DNA of 64,000 bases. Origin: a virus. Taxonomy: Duplodnaviria > Caudoviricetes. The position numbers and the translations under genes are program-made. The notes beneath the pieces are model-generated. The model made no database searches and had not been told where the DNA came from. It was given only the letters and a program-made list of their open reading frames with translations. The stretch lies in the IMG/VR virus record IMGVR_UViG_3300037467_002029, positions 18,212 through 82,211 of that record; one strand, given 5' to 3'. Below are positions 36,102 through 47,629 of this stretch, piece after piece (the first letter of the stretch is position 1; each line of letters starts with the position of its first letter).

Positions 36102-36998
36102 ATGACCGCTCCAACTACCCCGACTACTGAGCTCTGGGTCATCGGCAACGCCACCAAACAACCGTGGCTGCTGAACCTCCGTGGCCCTTACCCCAACCGG
36201 GCTCACGCCCAGCGCGCCATCAACTGGCAGCACACCTACCTCGACTACACACCCGACTACTGGAAGATCGTCACCACCGACGAGCTCCGGCAGTTGCTGC
36301 CGACGATGAACCGCGCTCCCTACACGCAAGAAGCCTGGGAACGCTTCAAGGAGACCATCAATGCCTAAACACACCGTCACCGTCTATCGTCCGGTCCTCG
36401 AGCGCGTCACCCTCGAAGTCGACGCCAGCTCAAAGTACGATGCCCAGGAACAGGCCCTCGAGAAGGCTGCGACGCTCCATGAGAGCGCCTGGTCGCCAAT
36501 GGATCGGCGCCTGAACTGGTACTGTCCGGACAGCTTCGACCTCGAGCCATTCATCATGGACGAGGAGCCTCACCTCTTCGATTCCGAAGACGACGAATGA
36601 CCGCCACCTGGACCCAAGCCCTTCGCGACGCGACCAAGAACCTGATCCGCGAGCCGCGAAAAACCGACCTCGATCAGGACATCTACAGCCGCGCGAGCGA
36701 GTACCTCGCAATCCCGATCGGTCACGAGTTCGAGCCCCACCAGGTCTCCTACACCCACTGCCTCCTGCAGCGCCTCGACAACTATCGCGAGCGCGCCAGT
36801 CACCTCGCCTTCAAGAAAGCCTGGGAAGATGCCCAAGAAGAGACTGTCTGACCTTCTCACCGACGACGACTACGACGCGATCTACCACGCGCTCGACGAG
36901 TTCGACGTCGGCATCGCCAGCTTCGACGATGTGCTTCGCGCCATCCTAAAGCCGCTCGTCCCGCACTTCGATCAGATCCGAAAGGAGCTGAGCGCGCG

Positions 36999-37220
36999 AT
37001 GACCAGCGAGAACGAGATCTTTGATTTTCTCAAAGACGCAAGAAGCCACGTCGACCAGGCCTGTACCTACGCCGCCGAAGTGGTTCGCCGGCTGGAGCAG
37101 GAACCGAACTGTGTGACAGCTCGGAGCGCGCTCCAGTGGTACACTGAAGAGCTTCAGCGCCAGAGCAACAACCTCGAGAGCCTTCGCTCCGATCTTCTAA
37201 TTCTGGCCCGCAAGATCTGA
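36999..37220 (+). CDS. Hypothetical coiled-coil protein
   Basis: AAGGAG RBS; its stop lies in the palindromic element. Confidence 0.6.
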   Translation: MTSENEIFDFLKDARSHVDQACTYAAEVVRRLEQEPNCVTARSALQWYTEELQRQSNNLESLRSDLLILARKI

Positions 37221-37231
37221 CCTAGTCACAT
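37215..37231. promoter_or_regulatory. 17-bp palindromic element
   Basis: ATCTGACCTAGTCACAT; bridges TGA stop 37220 and ATG 37230. Confidence 0.75.
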
Positions 37232-37438
37232 GCTCCACAACCACTCCCACTTCCCCAACTCCCTCCCTACCCCACCTTTCATGAAATACGTCCTGATGTT
37301 CCTCGGAGAGCCCGTCTACTCCTCAACCAACTGGCTCGACGTCCATCAGGTCGCACTCGCCAACGGCTACGCCGTCAACGCCAGGGGGTGTCTGTTCACC
37401 CTCATGCCCGGTGTCACCGTCGAAAAGATTAGGACACA

Positions 37439-37744
37439 TTGATGCTCGACCAAATCAGACAGGCGATCTTCGCCCAGAACCTTCTGAGCTTCAGGTATGA
37501 CGGCGAGAACCGCCTCGTCGAGCCCCACGCCCTCGGCTTCACGTCGAAGGGCAAACTCAGCGTCCGCGGGTTTCAGCCGGCCGGTGGTACCCACCGCGAG
37601 CTCGGCTGGAAGCTGTTCACCATCGAGAAGATCGAAGACCTGACGGTGCTGCCGCTCACCTTCGAATACGCCCGCCCCGGCTACGCCCTCGGCGATAAGC
37701 AGCTGCCCACGCTGGTGGCTCAGGTCGACGCCGTCTTCGCATGA
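37439..37744 (+). CDS. Stand-alone WYL-domain protein
   Basis: LSFRY...RLVEPHALG...GWKLFTIEKIEDL...F...RPGY; no HTH present. Confidence 0.75.
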   Translation: MMLDQIRQAIFAQNLLSFRYDGENRLVEPHALGFTSKGKLSVRGFQPAGGTHRELGWKLFTIEKIEDLTVLPLTFEYARPGYALGDKQLPTLVAQVDAVFA

Positions 37745-37919
37745 ACTACACCCAGGCCCGCGAGCGCACGCTCGCGGCTGGTGCCACCGACGCTGAGATC
37801 CAGCGCTACGCCGACAACCTCACCCCTTCAGTCCCAACCCGCAACATGATCGTCGCCCTGCAGCTGCACCCGTGGCTGAACAGCGCCGACGACTGGGCGC
37901 GGCTTGCTGGAGCAATGCT

Positions 37920-40900
37920 ATGCCGGAAATCAAAGTCACCAAAACTGTAACGCGGACGGAGGTCACCAACGTCCGCGTCGAAGCCGACGAGCTCGAGGAG
38001 CTTCTCCGCGAACATCTGAACCTGCCGATCGGTGCCGAATTCAGCTGGCGGATCAACCGTTACGAGGACTTCGACGGCGTCGAGATCGTCCACAAAGCGA
38101 CGGAGGTCGAGAGCGATGCCTGAAGCCATCTTCGACTACATGATCAGCGGGCGCCTGATGGCGCCAGCCGGATCCAAGCTTAACCCAACTGGTTCAGGAG
38201 TCATCCTGCCCGACGGGCGCGAGATCAAGCTCTGGGAACAGCTCGAGATCAACACACCCGGCGAAGATGACCACGAGAACATGGACCTCAATGAGGCCGC
38301 GGACCTCGGGATTTTCTACGACGGCGACTGTTGCGAGTTCGACGCTGTCGATCTCGGCGCTGAAACGCAACTGTGGCCGCCGAAATGAGCCGGCCCAGCT
38401 ACGAAGAGGTGTTGAAGCGCCTCGCCCGCGTTGTCGCTTACGACGTTGAGCTTCAGCGCCTCGAGCTCCCACCGAACGGCGACGATTACAACGCTGTCCA
38501 CCAGCTGCTGCTCGGTGGTGAGCTCCTCCTGCCTGAGAAGGAAGGCCGATGATCTTCTATATCGCCCTCGACGAGCACGGCCACCGCCAGCTTTGCGGCA
38601 CCCAGGCCGACGCCAAGGCCATCAACAAGAACTTCGAGCAGATCGACATCCCGACCGACAAGACCGGTCTGATGGGGTTCGTGCAAACTCTGTTCCACAA
38701 CAACGACACGCTTTGCGACCAGCTCGCTGAGCTCGACAACCTGCGCCACGATCTGACGTCTTCCATGGGGCGCGAGAACGACCTGTTGAACGACAAGCCC
38801 TCCTACGTCGACCAATCGGTCAACTGGGACGCGCTCTTCCCAACCCTTCCGCTCGCCCACCAGCTGCACTTCGCGGCCATGGCGATGGAGAATGCCCGTG
38901 AACGTTTATAGTCTCGACATTCAAATTGTCGCCACCGCCTACATCAAGGCCGAGTCCGAAGAGGAAGCCCGCAAGATCGCGAGCGACCTCCCCAATGACT
39001 TCATCGAGTTCTCCGATCGCCACCAGATCGTGGGCGATGACATCTGCGTCGACGGCACGCCCTTCCGGGGCCTCTGGGAGAACGACGAAACCACCGCGCT
39101 CTCGCCGGCCATGACGATCACCGGCGTTTTCAACCTCGAGGGCCTCGAGCTCGTCGAGGAAGACATCGACGTCGAGGAAGACGAAAATGTCGATTAACTG
39201 GCGCAAGCCACTCGAGTGGTCGACGGGCGAAGAGGCCAGCCTCGCACCCTACGACAACGCATACGACGGTCACCGTCACGTCTCCGGCTGCAAGGAATGG
39301 CTCAACATCACCGGCGACAATTATGTCGCCGTGAACGCCACGACGGGCCAGGTGCTCGGCTGCGAGGACGACTATCCTCACATCCGCAACGTGGCCGAAC
39401 CCAAGAACCCACCGGTCTGGCTCCATCTATTCCACGGCCGCAGCGCGCCCGACGAGAAGCTGGAAGATTGGGGCTTTAACGGTCCCACCATCGGCCCGCT
39501 CGACTACGTCCATGTCACCTACATGTGCGACGTCAGGTACGGCTTCCAGAACGAGGAAGACGCCGCAAAATTCGGTCTCTCGATTGAGGGCCACTTCCCC
39601 CTTCATGGCGACCTGGTCGAGCACAAGGGCGCCTTCTACGGAGACTTCTCCATCAACGCTTTCAAACCCACCGGACTCTACCGCATCGACCTCATCGAAA
39701 AGTGTGACCCCGACGAGGTCATCCAATCCGAGAAGTTCGACGGTACCGAGCTCGAGGCCGAACAGCGCCTCGGCGAGGTCTGGAACTCCAGCATCTGCGC
39801 GACCGGCGAGGCCGGCCGCTACAAGGCTGAGCTCTACTGCATCAGCGGTGGCCAGCCCGTCCTGCGTCAGACGATCGAGCCCGAGGGCGACGATGACTGA
39901 GTTCAACTGGGACGACTACGCCAAGCACGTCGACGCACTGCGCGACATGGGCTGCGCCGTCGTCACGATCACGCCGGAAGACGCCCAGAGCGTCTTCGAT
40001 GAAACCCTGCTCCCACACGAAGCCCACGCCTGGCTCCGGCACAACCACGACGACGTCGAGGGCGCGATCCTCGGCGAATACTGGGGTGACACCCTCCGAG
40101 ACATCTATGTCGAAAATGACTGACCTCATCAGCCGCGGGGCGCTCCTCCAGGAGCTCTACGCAATCGGCAAGCGCGAGAACAACCTCGGCCGAGTGGCGC
40201 TCGTCTGTGAGTGCATCGACAAGGCCAAGGAAGCGCCCGCGATCAAACCCCAGGTCGTCGCCAACATCAGTGGCGGCATCCTGCAGGGTGCGAGCTCCGA
40301 CTATCCGGTCGACCTCTACACGCTCGACTTCGAACACGACGGAGCCGAGGAGGACGAGCTCATCACCGTTGACGGTTCAACCGCCCTGTTCGGTGAGACC
40401 TTCATTAAAATCGATCCCGACTTCGTGGACGAGGTCATCGAAACGATCCTCGAAACCGTCGACGACCTCTGCTCGGTCGGGCTGCACAACTGGGGCGGTG
40501 AACCGTCCATTGGCGCCGAGTGCCTGCTGTGCGGGACTCAGTGCGAGGAAAAACATCTATGACCTACCCCGTCACCATGACCATCGAACCCCAGCGCGTC
40601 TGCGACATGTTTGTCGGCGCCTTCGAGGGCGGAAGCAACTATTGGCTCGGCCGAGGTCTGGTCCAGCTCGTGAAACCGGATCAGGCTGCCGTCGCGAACC
40701 CGGAGGGGGTCGTCTGGTGGGGTCGGACAGCACTCTATGAGCAGCCATTCGAGATCTCGATCTACGTCGTAGACGACGAAGAGACCAAGGTCATCGACAA
40801 TGCCTCTGTGGAGAACGCGCTCCGCGTCATGGCTGAGAAGTATCCGCGTCACTTCGCTGACCTCGTCAACGAGAACGACGACGCCGACACGTCGGACGTG

Positions 40901-41535
40901 TTCCTGCAGTGCTGCCTCTTCGGGGAGCTGGTCTATGGCTAACCTCTACGCGCCTGACGGTACCCGCATCATCGGCACCTGCGAAACACTCAAAGGCACC
41001 TGTCTCTTCCACAACGAAGACATCACCATCGACACCGAGACTGGTGAGTTTCAATTCCAGTATGTCGGCGGAACCGAGGTGGATTGGAACGGCCAGGTGA
41101 CCAGTCGCGACCAGTTCGGGATGCGGCTGTTCTTCGACGAGAATTACGGGATCTGGCCCGAGAGCGCACTGTGCCTGAAGTAATCGTCGACATGAAGTGG
41201 GAGACGGCCGTGCCGCTCCTGCTCGAGATCATCCAGAACGGCACACCTGCCGGCCGGCGCGACGCTCGCGACGAGCTGCTGCGCTGTGCCCGTATCGCGG
41301 ACACCGCGGTGGTTGCCGCTAAAGCCGCTTCACCCGAACCCACGGCTGACTAGCCATGCAAATCGATATGGCACACCCACAGCCTCGTGGCTTCCTCGCC
41401 TGGATCGCCAACCCCAACGCTCGGGGCGTAGTCCTCGATCGTGAGTTTGACGACGACGAGAACCAGAAGCCTCTGACCGCCGAGCCGCTGGACTGGCACG
41501 AAAGCCGCCACTGGCCGGCTCTCGCTACCGACTGA
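37920..41535 (+). other. Array of ~12 small, coupled, mostly acidic early ORFs
   Basis: ORFs 37920-38123, 38116-38388, 38549-38911, 38892-39197, 39187-39900, 39893-40123, 40116-40562, 40559-40942, 40935-41183, 41171-41353 and 41356-41535, with overlapping starts and stops. Confidence 0.7.
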
Positions 41536-41546
41536 CTTAGTCACTT
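41530..41546. promoter_or_regulatory. 17-bp palindromic element
   Basis: GACTGACTTAGTCACTT, upstream of rIIA; contains the upstream TGA stop. Confidence 0.8.
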
Positions 41547-41594
41547 CTTCCGCAATCCAAGACTCTCAACCCCTGCTTAGGGGAGTGATCACCC

Positions 41595-43742
41595 ATGCTA
41601 TTGGACACTGAAGAGCGAACAGTCACGTCCGTGGGCCTCCAACAGGTGGCCCGCGCGACGATCAAGACGTCGCCCAAGATTTTCAACTTTTTCGCCGACC
41701 AAACCTACGCCAATAAACCGAAGGCCATCTGTAGGGAGCTAGCCGCTAACGCGGTCGACAGCCATGTGATGGCCGGCAAGGCGGACGAGCCGATCGAGAT
41801 CTGGCTCCCAACCCTGCTCGACCCAACCTTCCGGGTCCGCGACCACGGACTGGGCATGAGCCACGAGTTCATGATGACCCAGTTCATGTGTTACGCCGAC
41901 GGCTCGACGAAGGATCAGTCGAACCAGGCGATCGGTGGGTTCGGCATCGGCTCCAAATCACCATTTGCTTATGTTGACCAATACACGGTCAAAAGCATTT
42001 TTGATGGCATCGAGAGCGTCTACTCGATCTTCAAGGACGAGGATGGCATCCCGGCGATCGGCCTGTTGGGCCAGCGCGCGACGCAAGAGTCCAATGGCGT
42101 CAGCGTCGAGTTCCCGGTCCAGCCCGATGACTTCCGCACGTTCGAGGAAGCCGCGTTCGAGGCGCTCCGCTATTTCGAGCCGTTGCCCGACGTCAAGAAT
42201 GCGAGTGAAGGCAGCTTCGCTCCGCCCAAATATGTGAGCCGCGGCGCCACCTGGGGCATGCGCGAACAGGCCGGCGATCTGCTCATCGTCATGGGCGGCG
42301 TGCCCTACCCGGTGAGCGTCAGCAACCTCTCTTACAAGTTCCCGAGCGATAGCCCGGCGCGCAAGCTGCTCGGTTACGGCTTGGACCTGCGCTTGCCGAT
42401 CGGCACCTGCTCAGTTGCCTTGTCGCGCGAAGCGCTCAGCTACGATGACCGTACCATCGACGCGATCCGTGTCGCCTGCGAGAACGTGATCGAGGAGGTG
42501 AAGGCTTCCTTCGCCACCATGTTCGATCAGTACGACAACGCCTGGGAAGCCGCCGCCGCGCTGTTCCGCGAGGTCGGGGATAACGGCTACGGGGCGCGCG
42601 CCGAGTTCCTCAAAGAGAACGCACAGTGGAAGGGTGAGCCCCTCCACCTGACGCTCCAGTATCAGATGCTTGGCAGTCACGAATACGAGAAGAGGGTCGT
42701 GCCATGCTGGGGCTACCAGATCTGCAGCATTGAAGGCCGCAGCGACCGCGCTGGTCGCGGCGGACGTGTCCGCAAGGTCACGACCAGCTGGCAGCAGCCA
42801 GACAACGGCTTCAAGGGACAGGGCGGCTTCGCCCCCGGGCGTATCGCCACGCTCCTGATCGATGATCTGCCGCAGAAGTCCAGCTCGAAGGCCGCGCGCA
42901 AGATCAAGGAGTTCGCCGAGGAGACCGGCAATCGGATCCTGGTCGTGCGTCCTGATGAGGATCAGGCGCTCGAGATCAAGGACGTCCTCAATGGTTTCGG
43001 CAATCCGCCCGCCGATCAGGTCGTGCTGACGTCGAGCCTGCCTGAACCGGAAATCGACAGAGTTTACGTGAAGAACAAGGACCGACCCAAGGTCCGGATG
43101 TTCAGTTACGACGGAAGCCATATCCGGAGCTCGCGCGGCTACGGTTATTCGGACAGCATCAACCCCGGTCAATTCGGCAAGGATGGTGTCTACGAGATCC
43201 CATACGCCGACCAGCCCACCAGCGGTCTCCTCGTCGTCATGGAGCAATTCGAGATCCCGCGCGGCGAGATCCAGCAGCTTGTCAATGCCGGGTTGCTCAA
43301 CTGGCGCGAGCTTCGCTTCGTCAATGCTGGCGACGCCAAGAAGCTCAACAAGCAGAATTGGACGATGTTCAACGTCGAGGCCGAGCGCCGCAAGAAGGAG
43401 AAGCTTAGTGCTTATCCTGAGCTCGCTCAGCGTCTCGCCCTCTCGAATGCCCACGAGATCAAGTGGCTGTTCGAGATGTTTGCCCGCAACCCCCAGCGCG
43501 ACTTCACGTCGAGGAAGCCACTCGGGAAAATCTTCAAACTCTACCAACAGTACGTCGAACCGCTCGATCACGAGCAGAAGAAGCTCGCGCAGTTTGTCAC
43601 CGCCAAGCTCCCTCGCGGCGTGAAGCCCGAGGAGCTTCGAGATCAATTCAAAGCCAAGCAGCCCAAAGCCAATCGGCTCCTGTCGCTGCTCCCGAACCAC
43701 CTCGATGATGAGGACTTTGCTCTCCTCCAGGAGAACCTATGA
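41595..43742 (+). CDS. rIIA: rIIA-like protein (N-terminal GHKL ATPase)
   Basis: RELAANAVDSH, VRDHGLGMS and STK...IGGFGIGSKSPFAY motifs; paired with rIIB. Confidence 0.85.
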   Translation: MLLDTEERTVTSVGLQQVARATIKTSPKIFNFFADQTYANKPKAICRELAANAVDSHVMAGKADEPIEIWLPTLLDPTFRVRDHGLGMSHEFMMTQFMCYADGSTKDQSNQAIGGFGIGSKSPFAYVDQYTVKSIFDGIESVYSIFKDEDGIPAIGLLGQRATQESNGVSVEFPVQPDDFRTFEEAAFEALRYFEPLPDVKNASEGSFAPPKYVSRGATWGMREQAGDLLIVMGGVPYPVSVSNLSYKFPSDSPARKLLGYGLDLRLPIGTCSVALSREALSYDDRTIDAIRVACENVIEEVKASFATMFDQYDNAWEAAAALFREVGDNGYGARAEFLKENAQWKGEPLHLTLQYQMLGSHEYEKRVVPCWGYQICSIEGRSDRAGRGGRVRKVTTSWQQPDNGFKGQGGFAPGRIATLLIDDLPQKSSSKAARKIKEFAEETGNRILVVRPDEDQALEIKDVLNGFGNPPADQVVLTSSLPEPEIDRVYVKNKDRPKVRMFSYDGSHIRSSRGYGYSDSINPGQFGKDGVYEIPYADQPTSGLLVVMEQFEIPRGEIQQLVNAGLLNWRELRFVNAGDAKKLNKQNWTMFNVEAERRKKEKLSAYPELAQRLALSNAHEIKWLFEMFARNPQRDFTSRKPLGKIFKLYQQYVEPLDHEQKKLAQFVTAKLPRGVKPEELRDQFKAKQPKANRLLSLLPNHLDDEDFALLQENL

Positions 43743-44815
43743 ACTACACCCTCACTGACACGTCGATCACCGTCCTTGACGAGTCGACGTTTGAGCCACG
43801 GACCATGCCCTCGACGCACCCCGCGTTCGAGGAGGTGGTCGAGGCCGTTCGAGCCGGCGATGCCGACGAGGTTCGCCGGATCATGGATCTACCGGCCGTG
43901 ATCGCCGACTTCACCCAAGGCCTTGTCCAGGTTGTCGACCGTGTCCTGTATTTGAATGGTAGACCATTAGATACGAGCGCCACGCGCCGCGTCCTCCAGT
44001 TCATGGACCAGGGCCGGCCGGAGCTCGCCAAGCCGCTGTGCAACTTCATCGAAAAGGTCGCGCAGAACCCCAGCCGCCGAGCCGTCTACGGCCTGTACGA
44101 TTGGGCCGAGAAGTCGGGCCTGCCGATCACCCCGGAAGGCGACATCATCGCCTGGAAGATCGTCAAGGAGGACTACCTCGACATCTACTCGAGCTCCTTC
44201 GACAACTCAGTCGGCAAGACCGTCGAGGTTCCACGCTACGAGGTCGACGAGAACCCGGACCAGACCTGCAGCCACGGTCTCCACGTTTGTTCCACCGCCT
44301 ACCTGCCGCATTATGGCACCGGGCCCGGCTCGCGCGTCATGGTCGTCAGGGTCAACCCCAAGGACTTCGTCGCCGTGCCGCGTGACTACAACTGCTCGAA
44401 GGCGCGCGTCTGTCGCTACGAGGTGATCGCCGAAATGCCGCGGGAGAAGGCGAAGACCTACCTGCGCGACCAGTATGTCTACGACCCGAAGTTCAACAAC
44501 TGCGGGTTCCGTGACGGCACGCTCGACTGCGACGTCGAGGTCGGCGAGTTCTACCGGATGCGCGACGGCCGGGTCGTCGAGATCCAGCGCTATGACGATG
44601 ACGGCGCCGAATATCCGTACTGTGGTCGCATTGTCGGCGGCGACGGCGGCGAGCTCTCGTGGAGCTATGACGGCATCTACACGTCGCTCGAGGACGAGCA
44701 CGAGTACGATCTGGTCGAGCACCTCGAGGACTTCGATCCGGATTTCGAGCCTAGCGCCGTGGCCGAGGCGCCGCGCAAGTCGCACTGGTTCACTCGCATG
44801 ATCTTCGGCGACTGA
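43739..44815 (+). CDS. rIIB: rIIB-like protein with extra C-terminal domain
   Basis: TCSHGLHVCS and VNPKDFVAVP.DYN.SKARVCRYEV motifs. Confidence 0.85.
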   Translation: MNYTLTDTSITVLDESTFEPRTMPSTHPAFEEVVEAVRAGDADEVRRIMDLPAVIADFTQGLVQVVDRVLYLNGRPLDTSATRRVLQFMDQGRPELAKPLCNFIEKVAQNPSRRAVYGLYDWAEKSGLPITPEGDIIAWKIVKEDYLDIYSSSFDNSVGKTVEVPRYEVDENPDQTCSHGLHVCSTAYLPHYGTGPGSRVMVVRVNPKDFVAVPRDYNCSKARVCRYEVIAEMPREKAKTYLRDQYVYDPKFNNCGFRDGTLDCDVEVGEFYRMRDGRVVEIQRYDDDGAEYPYCGRIVGGDGGELSWSYDGIYTSLEDEHEYDLVEHLEDFDPDFEPSAVAEAPRKSHWFTRMIFGD

Positions 44816-44817
44816 CC

Positions 44818-44997
44818 ATGTCTGGATTGTTGATCAGCGACAGCACGAAGAAGGGCGGCTTGTCGCCACGAGCTGGCATGAAGAAGAAGGTGGCGCGCGC
44901 CGAGTTCGCTCGGCGTGCCCATCTCTCCGATGAAGTGCTGCTCAAGCGAGGCATGTCTGCCCGCCAAATCCGCCGACTTCGAAAGGCGGTTGGATGA
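44818..44997 (+). CDS. Small basic protein
   Basis: Manual ORF of 59 aa, K/R-rich; its stop overlaps the next ATG. Confidence 0.5.
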   Translation: MSGLLISDSTKKGGLSPRAGMKKKVARAEFARRAHLSDEVLLKRGMSARQIRRLRKAVG

Positions 44998-45791
44998 AAC
45001 AGATCCTCCACGTCGCCCAATGCACGATCGCCGCCAATCGCAAGAATGGCACGAACGAGCCGGCGATCATCGTCCGTAACTATCGGGGCGCCAAGCGCGC
45101 CCATGAGGTCGAGCTTGTCCACGACGGAAAGGTCGTGGGCAAGTTCGTCTACCGCCCACACGCCCCGTTGCCGTGCGGCGCACGCCTTTGGTTCGAGTCA
45201 AATTCGGAAGAATTGGAGCTCCGGACCTCCCAACATGAAGAAATCTTTGAGTTCAGAAAGGTGGCCTGATGGGCGCCGAAACTTTCAGCCAAGTTGCGAG
45301 CGGCAAGACCGCTCAAGAAGCCTTCCGTACCGCCCAGGAACAAGCCCGGTATGACTATGGTCATGCCGGCTACACCGGCACGATCGCCGAAAAACATGAT
45401 TTCATCATGCTCAAGGTTTCGCCCGATAAGATCGAGGAGCTTAAAAGCAGCCCGTACTGCTACTACGACTACTCTGGAGACGACCCGCTCTGGGAAAAGG
45501 TCGATGACAAGTGGGGACCGGCCGGCTGCATCGATCTTGGTGATGGACGGTATCTTTTCTTCGGTTGGGCATCGAGCTGATGTCCCTCAAAGTCTCCCGC
45601 GACTTCGACACCGACGAGATCGTGCTTCGCATCAAGCGCGGCGGGGAAGCAGGTGGCTTTGCCCGCTTCCTGACCGCGTCAGCTGACGCGATCGAGCACG
45701 GCAAGATCACCGGTAACCCCAAAGGTAACCCCGTCAAGGTCGCGGACTCGCTCCGTTCGATCGCTGACAAAATGCACAGGCACAACGACGC

Positions 45792-46883
45792 ATGATCCAC
45801 GACCGCATCTACAAGCGCGACAGCCAGGGCCGGCTGCGCGTCTGGTTCATCGAGCAGGACGGCTCGCGGTACCGCGTGCACTCCGGCCTCGAGAAGATGG
45901 ACGCCACTGTCGCCGTTACTGGCTGGACCCAGGCGCGCGCCGCGAGCCAGCCCACCGACCAGGCTCAGGCCGACTTCGAGATCGCTTCAGCTTACGAGAA
46001 CAAGCTGACGCGCGAGTACCACCGCACGATCGAGGCCACCGATAGTGGCGCGCACTTCTTCAAGCCCATGCTGGCGAAGGAGTTCACCGGCTGGGATCCG
46101 AAGTGGCACGAAGTCGTCGTTCAACCCAAGCTCGACGGCATCCGCTGCATTGCGACCGAAGCCGGTCTCTTTAGCCGCCAGGGCAAGCCGATCACGGCGG
46201 TCCCGCATATTCACGCGCAGCTCATGCCGTTGTTCCAGGCCTACCCCGGCCTGGTACTCGACGGAGAGCTCTACAACCACGAGTACAAGGAGAACTTCAA
46301 CGCGATCGTCTCGATCGTGCGGAAGCAGAATCCGACCGCCGACGAGCTCGAGCTCGCCGAGGCCAAGATCCAGTACCACGTCTACGACGTCCCCTCGAAC
46401 AACGCCCGCTGCACGAAGACACGGCTCGAGATGCTCGGCTGCGCTGTGCGCGACCACGGCATCGAGGGTGCGATCGTGCTCGTTCCAACCGAGCGGGCCC
46501 ACCACCGTGATTTGATCGATAGCCTCTACGGCATCTGGCTCGAGCAGGGGTACGAGGGCCAGATGGTCCGCCTGCCCGGCACCTACGAGCAGAAGCGGTC
46601 GAAGCTCCTCCTGAAGCGCAAGGAGTTCCAGGATGCGGAATACGAAGTCATCTCAATCGAGGAAGGCGAAGGCAACTGGGCCGGCGTTGCGAAAGCTGTC
46701 CGCTGCCGTCTTCCTGATGGTCGCGTTTTCGGAGCAGGCATCCGCGGATCGCGCGAGCGCGCTGCTGAACTCCTCCATGAAGCCCACAAAGTTGCGACTG
46801 TCCGCTTCTTTGCTCTGACGCCTGACGGCGTGCCCCGTTTCCCCGTCGTGACCAAGTTTCACGGCGCTGAGAGGACGCTCTGA
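45792..46883 (+). CDS. ATP-dependent DNA ligase
   Basis: QPKLDGIRC (motif I), LDGELY, YHVYD, YEGQMVR and LLKRK. Confidence 0.9.
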   Translation: MIHDRIYKRDSQGRLRVWFIEQDGSRYRVHSGLEKMDATVAVTGWTQARAASQPTDQAQADFEIASAYENKLTREYHRTIEATDSGAHFFKPMLAKEFTGWDPKWHEVVVQPKLDGIRCIATEAGLFSRQGKPITAVPHIHAQLMPLFQAYPGLVLDGELYNHEYKENFNAIVSIVRKQNPTADELELAEAKIQYHVYDVPSNNARCTKTRLEMLGCAVRDHGIEGAIVLVPTERAHHRDLIDSLYGIWLEQGYEGQMVRLPGTYEQKRSKLLLKRKEFQDAEYEVISIEEGEGNWAGVAKAVRCRLPDGRVFGAGIRGSRERAAELLHEAHKVATVRFFALTPDGVPRFPVVTKFHGAERTL

Positions 46884-47629
46884 TGGCTGAGACCAAGATC
46901 ATCCGCGAGATTACAATGGTCACGCGCCGTTGGCTCGACATCGATGACATCGAGCAGGCGCTGCGCGACCAGTACGATCTCCACGTCCAAGACGATATCA
47001 AGTTCGAATGGGAGACGGGCGGTTTGGACCATGTCCGCGGTGTCGAGATCGTCCACACGACCAGAGAGACGAAGGAAGGCTGATGAAAATCTCCTGCCTC
47101 TTCAGTGTCGACTGCAACTATGACCAGCCCGACCACAATTTGGTGTGCTGGTGGCAGAAGAAGCCGACGCTCGAACAACTTGCTGAAACGCTTACCGGTA
47201 CGAAGCTCGCCAATCTCGATGAGGAAACAATCGTCGAGGTCGTCGCGATCTTCACCGGCAAGGAAGGCAAGATCAAACGGTATCACTACGACACCGTTTT
47301 CCGCATCCAGGACGTGACCGAAGGCTGCACGGTGAACCACGGTTGACCCCTCTTATCCTGTCGGTGTGACGAGCCTCTCGTCATGCCGGCCGGATGAGCA
47401 AGGCCAAACCGCAGAGCATCATCGCCGACTATCCGACCGTCGAATTGTCGGGTCCGCGTCGTCTCATTCTCAGCCTCGGCCAGTGTGGCCGCATGTTCGG
47501 TGTCGATCTTCCTGAAGATGCCGGCCCTATTACGGCCCGCGCCGAGCTTTCCGTTCCGCATCTCGATGAGAGCGGATGTCCACAGGATGCAGTCTTCCGT
47601 CGCTTCCTGCTCGACTAAGGAGCTTTCCT

